A stretch of 45,151 bases of DNA from an uncultured Gammaproteobacteria bacterium (GCA_963764725.1 CAVXTM010000003.1:1-45151); one strand, 5' to 3'. Positions 10,617 to 20,559 are shown, counted from the first letter of the stretch. Numbers and translations: made by a program. Notes: generated from the sequence alone by a model not told the origin.

Positions 10617-11991
10617 ACTGCTCCCGGTATTTCCGCACGATGTGTAGCGCGATGATGTTGAGGACCAAGGTCACTGCGAACAGCACCAATCCGAGCGCGA
10701 AGGCCGCCAAGGTCTTGGGACTGTCGAACTCCTGATCGCCCACGAGCAAGGTCACGATCTGCACGGTCACGGTCGTGACCGCCTCGAACGGATTTGCCGT
10801 GAGGTTTGCCGCGAGCCCTGCGGCCATCACCACGATCATGGTCTCGCCGATGGCGCGGGAGACCGCGAGCAGGACGCCCCCGACGATCCCCGGCAAGGCC
10901 GCCGGGATCACCACCTGACGGATGGTCTCGGATTTGGTCGCCCCGATGCCGTAGGAGCCATCGCGCAGGGCCTGCGGCACGGCGTTGATCACGTCGTCCG
11001 CGAGCGAAGACACGAAGGGGATGATCATGATCCCCATCACCAGTCCCGCGGCGAGCGCGCTCTCCGAGGAGATGCTCAATCCGACGGCGGCGCCGGTGTC
11101 GCGGATCACGGGGGCAACGATCAGGGCGGCAAAGAAGCCGTAGACCACTGTCGGGATCCCCGCGAGCACCTCCAGCACCGGTTTCGCGACGGTGCGAAAT
11201 CGACGGTCGGCGTACTCGGAGAGGTAGATCGCCGACATCAATCCGATGGGGACTGCAACCGCCATCGCGATCCCGGAGATGAGCAAGGTCCCGGTAAAGA
11301 GCGGCACGGCGCCGAAGGCACCCGAGCCACCGACCTGGTCGGCGCGGATGGCGACCTGAGGGCTCCACTTGAGACCGAAAAGGAAGTCGCTGACCGGCAC
11401 CTGCTGGAAGAAGCGAATGGACTCGAACAGCACCGACAACACGATGCCTAGGGTGGTAAAGATCGCGATCGTGGAGCTAGCGATGAGAAAGGCGCGGATC
11501 ACCGCCTCGACGCGGTTGCGAGCGCGCAGATCGGCGCGAATGCCCCGTAGCGCATAAGCCCCACCCGCGATCGCGAGCGATAGCACGAATACCGCGAGGG
11601 CCGCCGAGCTCAATCCCTCCAAGTGGCGGTAACGCTCCGCCGCCGCCACCACCGCCGGGTCGACTTGGCCGGCCGGGATGCTACCCTTGACGACATTCTT
11701 GATATCGTTGACCAGCAGATCGATCCGGGCCTCGGATTGCTCCCGCATCTCTTGCGGAAGCTCGGCGACCACGAGCTTGGTCACGATGGTCGGCTCGAAG
11801 GAGAGCCATGCCGCGAATAGGAGGAAGGCGGGGATACCACACCAGAGCGCGGTGTAGAACCCGTGGTAGCTCGGCAGCGAGTGCAGGGTGCGCACGCTTC
11901 CGTTCGCGACGCGCAACGAGCGCCCGCGGCCGAGATAGAACGCCAGGCTCGTCAGGGCGAGCAGGACAATGACCAGAGGTGCAGCCTGCAT
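10609..11991 (-). CDS. pstC: Phosphate ABC transporter permease PstC
   Basis: AIYLSEYA, LAGIPTVVYGFF, SRAIGETMIV. Confidence 0.95.
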   Translation of the reverse strand: MQAAPLVIVLLALTSLAFYLGRGRSLRVANGSVRTLHSLPSYHGFYTALWCGIPAFLLFAAWLSFEPTIVTKLVVAELPQEMREQSEARIDLLVNDIKNVVKGSIPAGQVDPAVVAAAERYRHLEGLSSAALAVFVLSLAIAGGAYALRGIRADLRARNRVEAVIRAFLIASSTIAIFTTLGIVLSVLFESIRFFQQVPVSDFLFGLKWSPQVAIRADQVGGSGAFGAVPLFTGTLLISGIAMAVAVPIGLMSAIYLSEYADRRFRTVAKPVLEVLAGIPTVVYGFFAALIVAPVIRDTGAAVGLSISSESALAAGLVMGIMIIPFVSSLADDVINAVPQALRDGSYGIGATKSETIRQVVIPAALPGIVGGVLLAVSRAIGETMIVVMAAGLAANLTANPFEAVTTVTVQIVTLLVGDQEFDSPKTLAAFALGLVLFAVTLVLNIIALHIVRKYREQYE

Positions 11992-12069
11992 GGTCAGACG
12001 CTCAGGTTACTTGGCCGCATGGTGTAGTGTAGGCGCCGAGCAGTTCGTTCCCGGAGCCTGTGCGCTCTC

Positions 12070-12214
12070 GGGAAGCTCTGCAAAAGTTACTGTGCAGCCC
12101 ATCTGCTTTGTCGCGTGCTCGCTCGTCGCTCGCCTATCTACCTGATATGCCTCGCGACGCGCTCCGCGGCTTCGCGCATCTGGCCTTGCTCGCGACACTT
12201 TTGTAGAGCTTCCC
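12070..12214. mobile_element. MITE-like element, copy 2 (145 bp), between pstS and pstC
   Basis: GGGAAGCTCTGCAAAAG...CTTTTGTAGAGCTTCCC followed by TA; left flank is TC. Confidence 0.75.
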
Positions 12215-13269
12215 TAGTTCTCCGATAAGGATAGGGTCTTCATGTTCTTGACGTCGGCGGCTACCTGCGCGCGCTCTTCCGTTGGCATCGGGATAAGCCC
12301 CTTGTCCGCCAGATAGCCTTCATCGCCCCATGCCTTGTCGCTCGTGAACTCGGCCAGGAACTCCTTCATCCCCGGGATCACGTCCATATGCGCCAACTTC
12401 ACATAGATATAGAGTGGTCTCGAGATCTCGTAGGATCCATCGGCGATCGACTCGAAGGTCGGCTCTACACCATCCATGACTGCCCCTTGGACCTTGTCGG
12501 TGTTCTGCTCGAGGAAGCTGTAACCGAAGATGCCCAAGGCATTCGGATTGGCCTGGATCTTCTGCAGGATCAGGTTGTCGTTCTCGCCTGCCTCGACGTA
12601 GGCGCCGTCCTCGCGCACCGTATGGCAGATGGCTTTGTACTGCTCCTCGTCCTTGTCCTTGAGCGCCTTGATCCAATCAAAGGTTTTACAGCCGCCCTCC
12701 ATCGCAAGCTCGGCGAAGGCGTCGCGCGTTCCGGAGGTCGGGGGAGGGCCTAGGACCTCGATCTTTTTGTCCGGCAGCGCCGGATTGACATCCTTCCATG
12801 TCTTATAAGGGTTCGCTATCACGGCTTCCCCGCCCTTGGGATCGGGGACGTCCTTGGCGAGCGCGAGATAGAGGTCCTTGACGCTGAGCTTATACGGTGG
12901 CGACGCCTTTGAATTGGCGATGGCGATCCCGTCGTAGCCGATCTTGACCTCCAGGATGTCTTTGACACCGTTCTGCTCGCAGCCCTTGACCTCGGAATCC
13001 TTGATGCGCCGCGAGGCATTGGCGATATCCGGGTGGTCTACCCCAACCCCGGCACAAAAGAGCTTCATCCCCCCTCCCGTACCCGTCGACTCGATCTTAG
13101 GCGTCTTGAAGCTGCCGGTCTTACCGAACTGCTCGGCGACGGTGGTTGCAAAGGGGTAAACCGTGGATGAGCCGACGATGGTGATATAATCTCTGGCGGC
13201 CAGGGCGGCCGGATTGTATGCCAGCCCGAGGACCGCGGCGCCGGCGACGAGGGTCTTCTTGATCATCAC
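12214..13269 (-). CDS. pstS: Phosphate ABC transporter substrate-binding protein
   Basis: Signal peptide, IVGSSTVYPF, ESTGTGGG, NASR, PPTSGTRD, YEISRPLYIY. Confidence 0.95.
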   Translation of the reverse strand: MMIKKTLVAGAAVLGLAYNPAALAARDYITIVGSSTVYPFATTVAEQFGKTGSFKTPKIESTGTGGGMKLFCAGVGVDHPDIANASRRIKDSEVKGCEQNGVKDILEVKIGYDGIAIANSKASPPYKLSVKDLYLALAKDVPDPKGGEAVIANPYKTWKDVNPALPDKKIEVLGPPPTSGTRDAFAELAMEGGCKTFDWIKALKDKDEEQYKAICHTVREDGAYVEAGENDNLILQKIQANPNALGIFGYSFLEQNTDKVQGAVMDGVEPTFESIADGSYEISRPLYIYVKLAHMDVIPGMKEFLAEFTSDKAWGDEGYLADKGLIPMPTEERAQVAADVKNMKTLSLSEN

Positions 13270-13464
13270 TGCATTCTCCTCCTCTTATTGAGAACCGTAA
13301 ACACGGGCGACCGCCCCTATGGCGGTCGCGCACCGCTCAAGGTGTCTCCGTTGCGTGCCGTAGCCTGTTATACCGAAGGAATGCGACGAAGTCGTGACAA
13401 CCCCGGCTAAAGTTCGGAAACCCACCGCGGTCAGATACCGTACAGACGCCGGCCAGAAACTTTC

Positions 13465-13498
13465 ATGCTATAGGTCCTTTATGACAGTTCGATGACAG
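13465..13498 (-). promoter_or_regulatory. Consensus Pho box plus -10 of the pst operon
   Basis: Minus strand CTGTCAT-CGAA-CTGTCAT (13498-13481), 10 bp, then TAGCAT. Confidence 0.9.
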
Positions 13499-13690
13499 TC
13501 CCCACCGGCGCCCGGGAATGGTCACGCCACTGTCGCATCGCGCCACTAGTGTGCGGCGCAACTAGTTTCCGGGCTCATGCGGTGACAGTCCCCCGCCAAG
13601 CGATGGCGGATCCGATGTACCATCTGGAGATCCTGCTGGGCTCCGACTCACGGGCCGCCATCGCTCAAGAGCACGTCACAAAATTGTCGC

Positions 13691-13725
13691 TTGATTTCCT
13701 TCTATATTTCTATTAGTGTGGAAAT
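13691..13725 (+). promoter_or_regulatory. ars promoter with inverted-repeat operator
   Basis: TTGATT-N17-TAGTGT. The inverted repeat ATTTC-N10-GAAAT (13706-13725) overlaps the -10. Confidence 0.55.
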
Positions 13726-14100
13726 GTGAAGTCACAGCAAGTGGTGAACGCGCTGGCGGCCCTGGCACAGGAAACCCGTCTGTCTATCTTCCGCCGATTA
13801 GTCCAGGTGGGTGTGCCTGGGTTATCGGCGGGTGACATCGCGAAGACATTGGGCGTGCCCAACGCCACCTTGTCCTTCCATCTAAAGGAACTCACGAACG
13901 CGGGTCTAATCACGGCGCGGCAGGAAAGCCGCTTCGTTTTCTACGCGGCGGATTTCGCTGCCATGAATAGGCTCCTGGCATTTCTGACGGAGAATTGCTG
14001 CGCGGGCGAACCGTGCGGCTCGTTGCGTGTCTGCTGCCCACCGGGTGCTGAGGCCAAGAAGCCCAAACGATTATCGATACGTAAGGTGAAAACGGTATGA
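13726..14100 (+). CDS. arsR: ArsR/SmtB family repressor
   Basis: ALAQETRLSIFRRLV, TLSFHLKEL, FLTENCC (vicinal Cys pair); heads the ars operon. Confidence 0.9.
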   Translation: MKSQQVVNALAALAQETRLSIFRRLVQVGVPGLSAGDIAKTLGVPNATLSFHLKELTNAGLITARQESRFVFYAADFAAMNRLLAFLTENCCAGEPCGSLRVCCPPGAEAKKPKRLSIRKVKTV

Positions 14101-14147
14101 AACGATTCCATGTACATATCGCGGTGGAACGCGGTAATTGCTGCTGA
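14097..14147 (+). pseudogene. 16-aa remnant of an ArsI/CadI-like glyoxalase (MKRFHVHIAVERGNCC)
   Basis: ATG overlaps the arsR stop (ATGA) and its TGA overlaps the arsC ATG. The N-terminus MKRFHVHIAV and terminal CC resemble the two ends of ArsI/CadI proteins. Confidence 0.65.
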
Positions 14148-14650
14148 TGGAATCGCGCATTCTTAATGTCTTGTTCCTGTGCACGGGTAACTCCGCCCGC
14201 AGCATCATGGCAGAAGGACTGCTCGCGAAACATGGGGCGGGCCGCTTTCGGGCTTTCAGCGCCGGTAGCCAGCCGACCGGTCACGTGAATCCCTTAGCCC
14301 TCGAGCGCCTCCAAAAAGAGGGGATCTCGTTACCCGATGCCCGCAATAAGAGCTGGGAGGAATTCGCACGTCCGGGTGCGCCGGTCTTGGATTTTATCAT
14401 TACCGTGTGTGACAACGCCGCGGGGGAGGTCTGTCCTGTCTGGCCCGGCCAGCCCATGACAGCCCACTGGGGTGTCGCCGATCCGGCGGCGACGGTGGGC
14501 TCCGAGGACGAGAAACGTCTGGCCTTCGCCAAAGCGTTCGCTATCTTGGAGCGGCGTATTTCACTGTTCACCAGTCTGAGGCAAGAAGGCCTGGAACGGT
14601 TTGCCATTGAAGAGAAGGTTCGCGCGATGGGACATCCGGGAGGATCCTGA
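14147..14650 (+). CDS. arsC: Arsenate reductase, LMW-PTP type (copy 2)
   Basis: VLFLCTGNSARS, ITVCDNAAGEVCPVWPGQPMTAHWG. Confidence 0.92.
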   Translation: MESRILNVLFLCTGNSARSIMAEGLLAKHGAGRFRAFSAGSQPTGHVNPLALERLQKEGISLPDARNKSWEEFARPGAPVLDFIITVCDNAAGEVCPVWPGQPMTAHWGVADPAATVGSEDEKRLAFAKAFAILERRISLFTSLRQEGLERFAIEEKVRAMGHPGGS

Positions 14651-15729
14651 TGGCTGCCGAGTCACGGATCGGTCCCTTCGAACGTTATTTGACCCTTTGG
14701 GTGTTCGTTTGTATCGGTACGGGGATCGCGCTCGGTCGATACTGGCCTGAGGTATTTCAAGCGATAGGTCAACTAAAACTCGCCGAAGTCAATTTGCCGG
14801 TGGCGGTTTTAGTTTGGCTCATGATTGTGCCGATGTTGCTCAAGGTGGATTTCGGTGCCTTGCATGAGGTAAAGCAACATGCGCGCGGGATCGGGGTGAC
14901 GCTCTTCATCAACTGGGCGGTCAAGCCGTTCTCCATGGCCCTCCTGGGCTGGATCTTCGTTCGACACCTCTTTGCCTCCTGGCTACCGCAAGACCAGGTG
15001 GATTCCTATATTGCGGGCCTCATCCTGCTTGCCGCCGCCCCGTGCACGGCGATGGTCTTTGTGTGGAGTAATCTCTGCGACGGCGAGCCGCACTTTACGC
15101 TCTCGCAAGTGGCACTCAATGACACGATTATGCTGTTTGCCTTCGCGCCCCTTGTCGGCCTGTTGCTCGGCCTCTCCAGTATCGCGGTGCCCTGGGCCAC
15201 TTTAGCGCTCTCAGTCGTGCTCTACATTCTTGTACCCGTGCTTATCAGCCAGTTGTGGCGGAAAGCATTATTGCGCCACGGCGATCGCGGTCGTCTCGTC
15301 ATGGTTCTGAAGCGATTACACCCCATTTCGTTATCGGCGCTGCTAATCACTCTTGTCTTATTGTTTGCCTTTCAGGGTGAACAGATCCTGCGTCAACCGC
15401 TCGTCATCGCGCTCTTAGCGGTTCCGATTGGGATTCAAGTCTATTTCAATGCGGGGCTCGCCTATTGGCTGAATCGCCAATTCAACGTAGCCCATTGCGT
15501 CGCTGGCCCTTCGGCGCTGATCGGGGCAAGCAATTTCTTCGAACTGGCGGTGGCGACCGCTATCAGTTTATTCGGTTTTGAGTCTGGTGCCGCGCTAGCC
15601 ACCGTCGTCGGTGTATTAATCGAAGTGCCCGTGATGCTATCGGTGGTAAAGATCGTCAATGGAAGTCAAGCGTGGTATGCGCAAGGCAGCACAACGGGTA
15701 ATCAAGGCGCGCTTACCTCAGACAGATAA
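14650..15729 (+). CDS. acr3: ACR3 family arsenite efflux permease
   Basis: FERYLTLWV, AAAPCTAMVFVWS, GASNFFELAVA, GVLIEVPVML. Confidence 0.95.
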   Translation: MAAESRIGPFERYLTLWVFVCIGTGIALGRYWPEVFQAIGQLKLAEVNLPVAVLVWLMIVPMLLKVDFGALHEVKQHARGIGVTLFINWAVKPFSMALLGWIFVRHLFASWLPQDQVDSYIAGLILLAAAPCTAMVFVWSNLCDGEPHFTLSQVALNDTIMLFAFAPLVGLLLGLSSIAVPWATLALSVVLYILVPVLISQLWRKALLRHGDRGRLVMVLKRLHPISLSALLITLVLLFAFQGEQILRQPLVIALLAVPIGIQVYFNAGLAYWLNRQFNVAHCVAGPSALIGASNFFELAVATAISLFGFESGAALATVVGVLIEVPVMLSVVKIVNGSQAWYAQGSTTGNQGALTSDR

Positions 15730-15959
15730 GTCGCTCGATTGATTTATAGTACGAGATCCGGCAGTTCTAATTGTCACCGGCCGAAGATGTAATTGACATC
15801 AAACAATCCCCTCCGCTTAAACACCTGGAAACTGCTATCGCCTTGGCTCGGAGCGATCAGGTAGCCGACAGGATGGCCACGATAGTAGATAGCGAGGCCT
15901 TCTAGATCGCCTCCAAATGCCGGCCGCCGAAGGCAGTACTGCCGTTGTAGACGATCGTT

Positions 15960-16009
15960 GAAGGAACCGTCATCCGCACCGGACAGCCCCTATTGCGGTT
16001 GCCGGAGCG
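15960..16009 (+). repeat. psd 3-prime fragment A (EGTVIRTGQPLLRLPER)
   Basis: Near-identical to 25543-25592 of psd; starts with the 19-bp GAAGGAACCGTCATCCGCA also found at 17687-17705. Confidence 0.8.
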
Positions 16010-16105
16010 TCAGGATGCCAGCGGCCTCGTGTCCTTATCGAGAATCTGATCGCCTGGGAAGCGCGCTCTGGAGGAATGTCACACAGTAGTAATCCTGTAG
16101 CCTAG

Positions 16106-16139
16106 CGGTCACTCGGTCGTCACAATCCACTACTATTAT
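16106..16139 (+). promoter_or_regulatory. Pho box plus -10 for the GDPD gene
   Basis: CGGTCAC-TCGG-TCGTCAC (16106-16123), 10 bp, then TATTAT; an extra box-like ATGTCAC-ACAG-TAGTAAT lies at 16076-16093. Confidence 0.7.
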
Positions 16140-16222
16140 TCCTCTCACCGCGGGCAGATCACAAGGACGCGATCGCCCACGGATCACTAACGGATGAACA
16201 CTTCTGAATCGAGGGGACAAAA

Positions 16223-17550
16223 ATGAGCGTATCGAGAACCACTGTATCCATGATCGCTGCTGTGTTTATCGTAATGCCGACGCTCGCGGCGGTTGCACAC
16301 GCCGATGGAGTTGGCGACCACGGCCAGGAACAGTTCGTAGACGAGCACCGGAAGAATGGAAAAAATCACGTGCAGCTCGGCCCTCGTCCGTTCTATTTGG
16401 TGGAAAAAATGGAAACGGGTAAGCTCAAGACTGCGCTTCAGCAATGCTCCGATGGCCCGTTTTACAAGACCGATTTCTCGATCGGCCACCGCGGCGCTGC
16501 TTTGCAGTTCCCCGAGCACACGAAGGAGTCCTACCAGGCGGCCGCTCGTATGGGTGCCGGTATTCTGGAGTGTGACGTGACCTTCACCAAGGATCTGGCA
16601 CTCGTATGTCGCCACTCGCAGTGCGACCTCCACACCACCACCGATATCCTCAACACGCCGCTGGCCCCACAGTGCTCCGTGCCCTTCAGCCCCGCCGAAT
16701 TCGATCCGGATACCGGCGCGCTTACCAAAGCGGCATCGGCCCAGTGCTGCACCAGCGACATCACCGTGGACGAGTTCAAGACGCTCTGCGGCAAGATGGA
16801 TGCGAGCAACTCCAGTGCGACCACCCCGGCGGAGTTCCTCGGCGGCACCCCCAGCTTTCGCACCGATCTCTACGCTACCTGCGGCACGCTCCTCACTCAT
16901 GCTGAGAGCATCGAGCTGTTCAAGGATTTGGATACCAAGATGACGCCAGAGCTCAAAGTCCCCAGCGTGCCTATGCCATTCAACGGTTTCTCACAGGATC
17001 ATTACCGCCAGAAGCTGATTGATGAATACAAGGCGGCGGGTGTCAATGCGCGCAAAGTATACGCCCAGTCCTTCAACCTCGATGACGTGCGCTACTGGAT
17101 TGAGCACGAGCCCCAATTCGGGAAGCAGGCCGTCTACCTCAGTGACCGCTTCGATCCCCCTTTTGCTCAAGATCCTAACGACCCCACAACGTGGGATCCC
17201 ACCATAGAGACGCTTGTCGCTGATGGAGTGAAGATCATCGCGCCGCCCATGTGGGTACTGCTGACGGTCGAAGACGGCAAAATCGTGCCTTCGAAGTACG
17301 CCAAGGCGGCCAAGGCCGCAGGCCTCGACATCATTACCTGGACAATAGAGCGTTCAGGGCGCATTGCCGAGGACGTGTTGTTGGTCGGCGGCGACAACCC
17401 TACTATTACCAGTCGACCCTCGATGCGATCAGCAACGACGGCGATATCCTGGTTACCCTCGACGTGCTCGCGAAGGACGTAGGCATTCTGGGCATCTTCT
17501 CCGACTGGCCCGCCACGGTGACCTACTACGCGAATTGCATGCATCTCTAA
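16223..17550 (+). CDS. Periplasmic glycerophosphodiester phosphodiesterase (GlpQ-like), frameshift near 17400
   Basis: Signal peptide, [32 protein letters not shown]. The C-terminus [17 protein letters not shown] is in the 17251..17550 frame. Confidence 0.88.
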
Positions 17551-17598
17551 CTCCGAACGGGCGACCACGGGGGTTGCGCTTTTCGCTCCGGTCCCCTG

Positions 17599-17705
17599 GC
17601 AAGGGGAAGGAAATGGGTTGGTTTCAGTACGGATCGACCATCATCGTCTTCGCGTCCGACGGCTTCAAGCTGTGCGAGCACGTGAAGAAGGAACCGTCAT
17701 CCGCA
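17599..17705 (+). repeat. psd 3-prime fragment B (KGKEMGWFQYGSTIIVFASDGFKLCEHVK...)
   Basis: Closely similar to psd 25454-25561; ends in the 19-bp repeat shared with 15960-15978. Confidence 0.85.
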
Positions 17706-17867
17706 GCGCGCCTCCGCGCTGTATCGGCGGCGACCGGGTTCCTGGCTTGAGCGGCGATTCGGATCGAGAGGAGCGAATCCGTCAAACCTCAGCGCGTGCC
17801 TGAGTTAAACTTAACTATACCTGCGTTTCGGCTAGATCGTCGGTCGTCCCGATTATCTCTTTTTGCG

Positions 17868-20081
17868 TCAGACTCCGATTTCGCCACCGTCGTTCTTGGT
17901 GATGACGATGGTCGCCGTGCGCGGACGTGAGAGACCGCCATCCGGCCAATGGCTGCCGAACGCGCCGGTGGCAAAATCCGGCGTGGTGCTTTCGCCCGGG
18001 TGTTGGATGTTGACGAATATCGTCCTGCCGTCCGGGGTTTCCGCGATGCCGGTGATCTCGCACTCCTTCGGGCCCACCAGGAAGCGGCGCAGGCGCTTTT
18101 CGCCCAACTCCTTGCCGACGGGGGTCTCGACGGATTGGGTTACGGCTCCGTCTACATTGGCCACGGTCCTTCGGGCGCCGTCTCCCACTTCGCCCGGGAC
18201 GGCGGCCAGCAGCATGCAGTTGGTAGCATCGGTATACGCGCCGTCGTCGGTATGGAACCACAACAACCCGGGATTCGCACGACTGAACCACACGCTGTCG
18301 GGGCTGGAGAAGTCGTTCGCGTCGGTCAGACCGGAGATATTGACGTTGGTCGCGTCTGCGCTGGCACGCGCGCCGAACAGGAACACGTCCCACCTGAACG
18401 CGGTCGCGTCGACTTTGCCCTGCGCCTCGGCTAAGCGAATGATATGGCCGTTGGGGTTGCCTAGCTGATCCTCGCCGGTGGTCTTCCGGTCGTTATAGAA
18501 GCGTGGATTGGCGGCGTCGACACTGGTGATCGGACGGCTCGAGGCGTTGGTATTGGTCAAGGTGACATACACCTCGCCGTTCTTCGGATGGACGGCGGCC
18601 CACTCCGGGCGATCCATCTTGGTGGCGCCCGCCGCGTCGGCGGCCAGACGCGTGTTGATCATCACGTCGGCCTGATCGGCGAAGGCATAGGCCGGGTTGG
18701 TAGGGGTGATATTGTTGATCCCGAAGCTCAGCTCTCTCCATTCACCGGTACCATCGGCGTTGAACGTGGCCACGTAGAGCTTGCCGTCGTCCAGATACTT
18801 GTCACCCGCAGCCATTCCCTCGTCGGCGTCGCGGGGATCCCAGCGCCGGTTCGACACGTACTTATAGATGTACTCGTTGCGCGCATCGCAGCCCATGTAG
18901 GACACGAGCGGCTCGCCCTTCTTTGCCGGCCCGAGCCACGCGCCTTCGTGCGCGAAACGGCCAAGCGCGGTGCGCTTCTTGGGGATTGACGTTTTATTGA
19001 ACGGATCGACTTCCACCACCCAACCGTAGGTGTTCGCGACATTACGATAATCGTCGCTGCCGTCGGCGGAGGCGCCGAGCTTCATCGCGTTCCAACGACC
19101 ATAGAAGTCGTCCGCCGTATCGGGGGTCACCGTCGCCCACAGCTCACGGCCGTTACCCGCCACGCCGTAGCGCGCGAACGAGGCCAGCTCCTTCGCCGTG
19201 CGATTGGGGTCATCGGTCGCGACGATACGCCGGAAATACCCGGCCCAGTTTTCCTCACAGGTCAGATAGGTGCCCCACGGCGTGGCGCCGTTCGCGCAGT
19301 TATTGACGGTGCCGCGCGTTTCCGACCCATCGGGCGAGAATTTGGTGATCATGTACGGAGTCTTCGCCGCCGGTCCGGACAGCTCCATGGGCGTCAACGT
19401 GTGAATGCGACGGTTGAAGCGGGAGTCTTGCTTGTAGCTCCACTCCCCTTTCTTCCCTCGCTTCTTAACCACCTTAATGACACTGACGCCATGCAGGTAG
19501 AATTCGCGCAGCACTTCGCCCGCTACGGTTCGCGCCCCGTCGACGACGGTTTGGCCGGTCGGGTGAAGGAAGGCCGGTGTGATCGCTTCATGGTTGACGC
19601 ACAGTAGACCGCGGTGCGAGCAGTTCTCGTCGCGCTTACCATTGGGGCTTAGGCCGAAGTAACTCATGCCGTCGTGGTGATCGCCCGCACGCTGCGCGAA
19701 GCTGGCAGGATCGTCCGTGCCATCGTTCAGGTAGTCGGCGACGCCAGCGGCGATCGGATCGCCCAGACGGTATAGCACGTCATAGCTGTACCCCGGCGGC
19801 ACTGTGACGACATCTGCCAGACTCTTAGGGACAGCGTCAAAACCAAGCTTCAAGGAATGCGGCCGGACACTCTGATCTCCGTGCCGTTGACAGGCAGCCC
19901 AAGCAGAGCCTAAACCAACGCTGCCGAAGACCGCCATGGCAGCGGCGCCGGCGGTGCCGCGCAGCAACTGGCGGCGCGAAAGGCGCATTTGCAGAATGCT
20001 GTCGAAGGAAGGGTTATGTGATGTGTTGGTTATTGCGTCTTCGTCATTATCAGAGAAAAACGTTACGTGCTTGTCGGTCAT
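17868..20081 (-). CDS. phoX: PhoX family alkaline phosphatase (Tat-exported), copy 1
   Basis: SRRQLL Tat motif, GDHHDGM, VNHE, NNCANGATPWGTYLTCEEN, GRFAHE, MDRPEW, SSPD, CEITG, NIQHPG; AAGGAG RBS before ATG 20081. Confidence 0.93.
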   Translation of the reverse strand: MTDKHVTFFSDNDEDAITNTSHNPSFDSILQMRLSRRQLLRGTAGAAAMAVFGSVGLGSAWAACQRHGDQSVRPHSLKLGFDAVPKSLADVVTVPPGYSYDVLYRLGDPIAAGVADYLNDGTDDPASFAQRAGDHHDGMSYFGLSPNGKRDENCSHRGLLCVNHEAITPAFLHPTGQTVVDGARTVAGEVLREFYLHGVSVIKVVKKRGKKGEWSYKQDSRFNRRIHTLTPMELSGPAAKTPYMITKFSPDGSETRGTVNNCANGATPWGTYLTCEENWAGYFRRIVATDDPNRTAKELASFARYGVAGNGRELWATVTPDTADDFYGRWNAMKLGASADGSDDYRNVANTYGWVVEVDPFNKTSIPKKRTALGRFAHEGAWLGPAKKGEPLVSYMGCDARNEYIYKYVSNRRWDPRDADEGMAAGDKYLDDGKLYVATFNADGTGEWRELSFGINNITPTNPAYAFADQADVMINTRLAADAAGATKMDRPEWAAVHPKNGEVYVTLTNTNASSRPITSVDAANPRFYNDRKTTGEDQLGNPNGHIIRLAEAQGKVDATAFRWDVFLFGARASADATNVNISGLTDANDFSSPDSVWFSRANPGLLWFHTDDGAYTDATNCMLLAAVPGEVGDGARRTVANVDGAVTQSVETPVGKELGEKRLRRFLVGPKECEITGIAETPDGRTIFVNIQHPGESTTPDFATGAFGSHWPDGGLSRPRTATIVITKNDGGEIGV

Positions 20082-20144
20082 GGCTGTCTCCTTAAATGGA
20101 ATCGAGGAGCAACACGAATCGTTGCCCTTTGTCAGAGGGGGCTC

Positions 20145-20190
20145 ACCGTAACGGGGTTTTGTTAAATTATTATGACGGGCGGAGTGACAG
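20145..20190 (-). promoter_or_regulatory. Pho box plus -10 for phoX copy 1
   Basis: Minus strand CTGTCAC..CCGTCAT-AATA-ATTTAAC (20178-20161), 10 bp, then TACGGT. Confidence 0.65.
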
Positions 20191-20228
20191 CGTTTTCCGA
20201 AGGAAGAAGGCAGGACGAATGTCTTGAC

Positions 20229-20355
20229 GACAAGGATCTGAACAACTTCGATGCGGCCGTCGGTAGCGTCAAGATTGGCCGATATCCCTTTGGGATAGAC
20301 CTCGATCCCCACAGCAAAACGTTATTCGTCAGTCACGTCGGCGTATTTGCATACC
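20229..20355 (+). pseudogene. Possible fragment of a YVTN/YncE-type beta-propeller protein
   Basis: VGSVKIGRYPFGIDLDPHSKTLFVSHVG resembles a single YVTN repeat; no intact gene. Confidence 0.35.
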
Positions 20356-20559
20356 AGCATCTGCGTCCCCCGAGTCCGGAGCCGGCGTGTGGTTGAAGGT
20401 AGACCCTGGGCTAGGTGAGTTATGTTGGTGGTGTTAGGGATGCTCACGCCGAACGCCTTGTCCAATGGAGGACTTGGTTACGATCCCGTATCCGGGTGCA
20501 CGCTTATCGCATGGGACGATCCTGGTCTGCAAGTAAAAGCCGATGTAGTTCTCCATAGT

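Noticed and set aside
20082-20312. 77-aa N-terminal extension of phoX-1 in the ORF track
   Set aside because: The RBS, Pho box and Tat motif all support ATG 20081.
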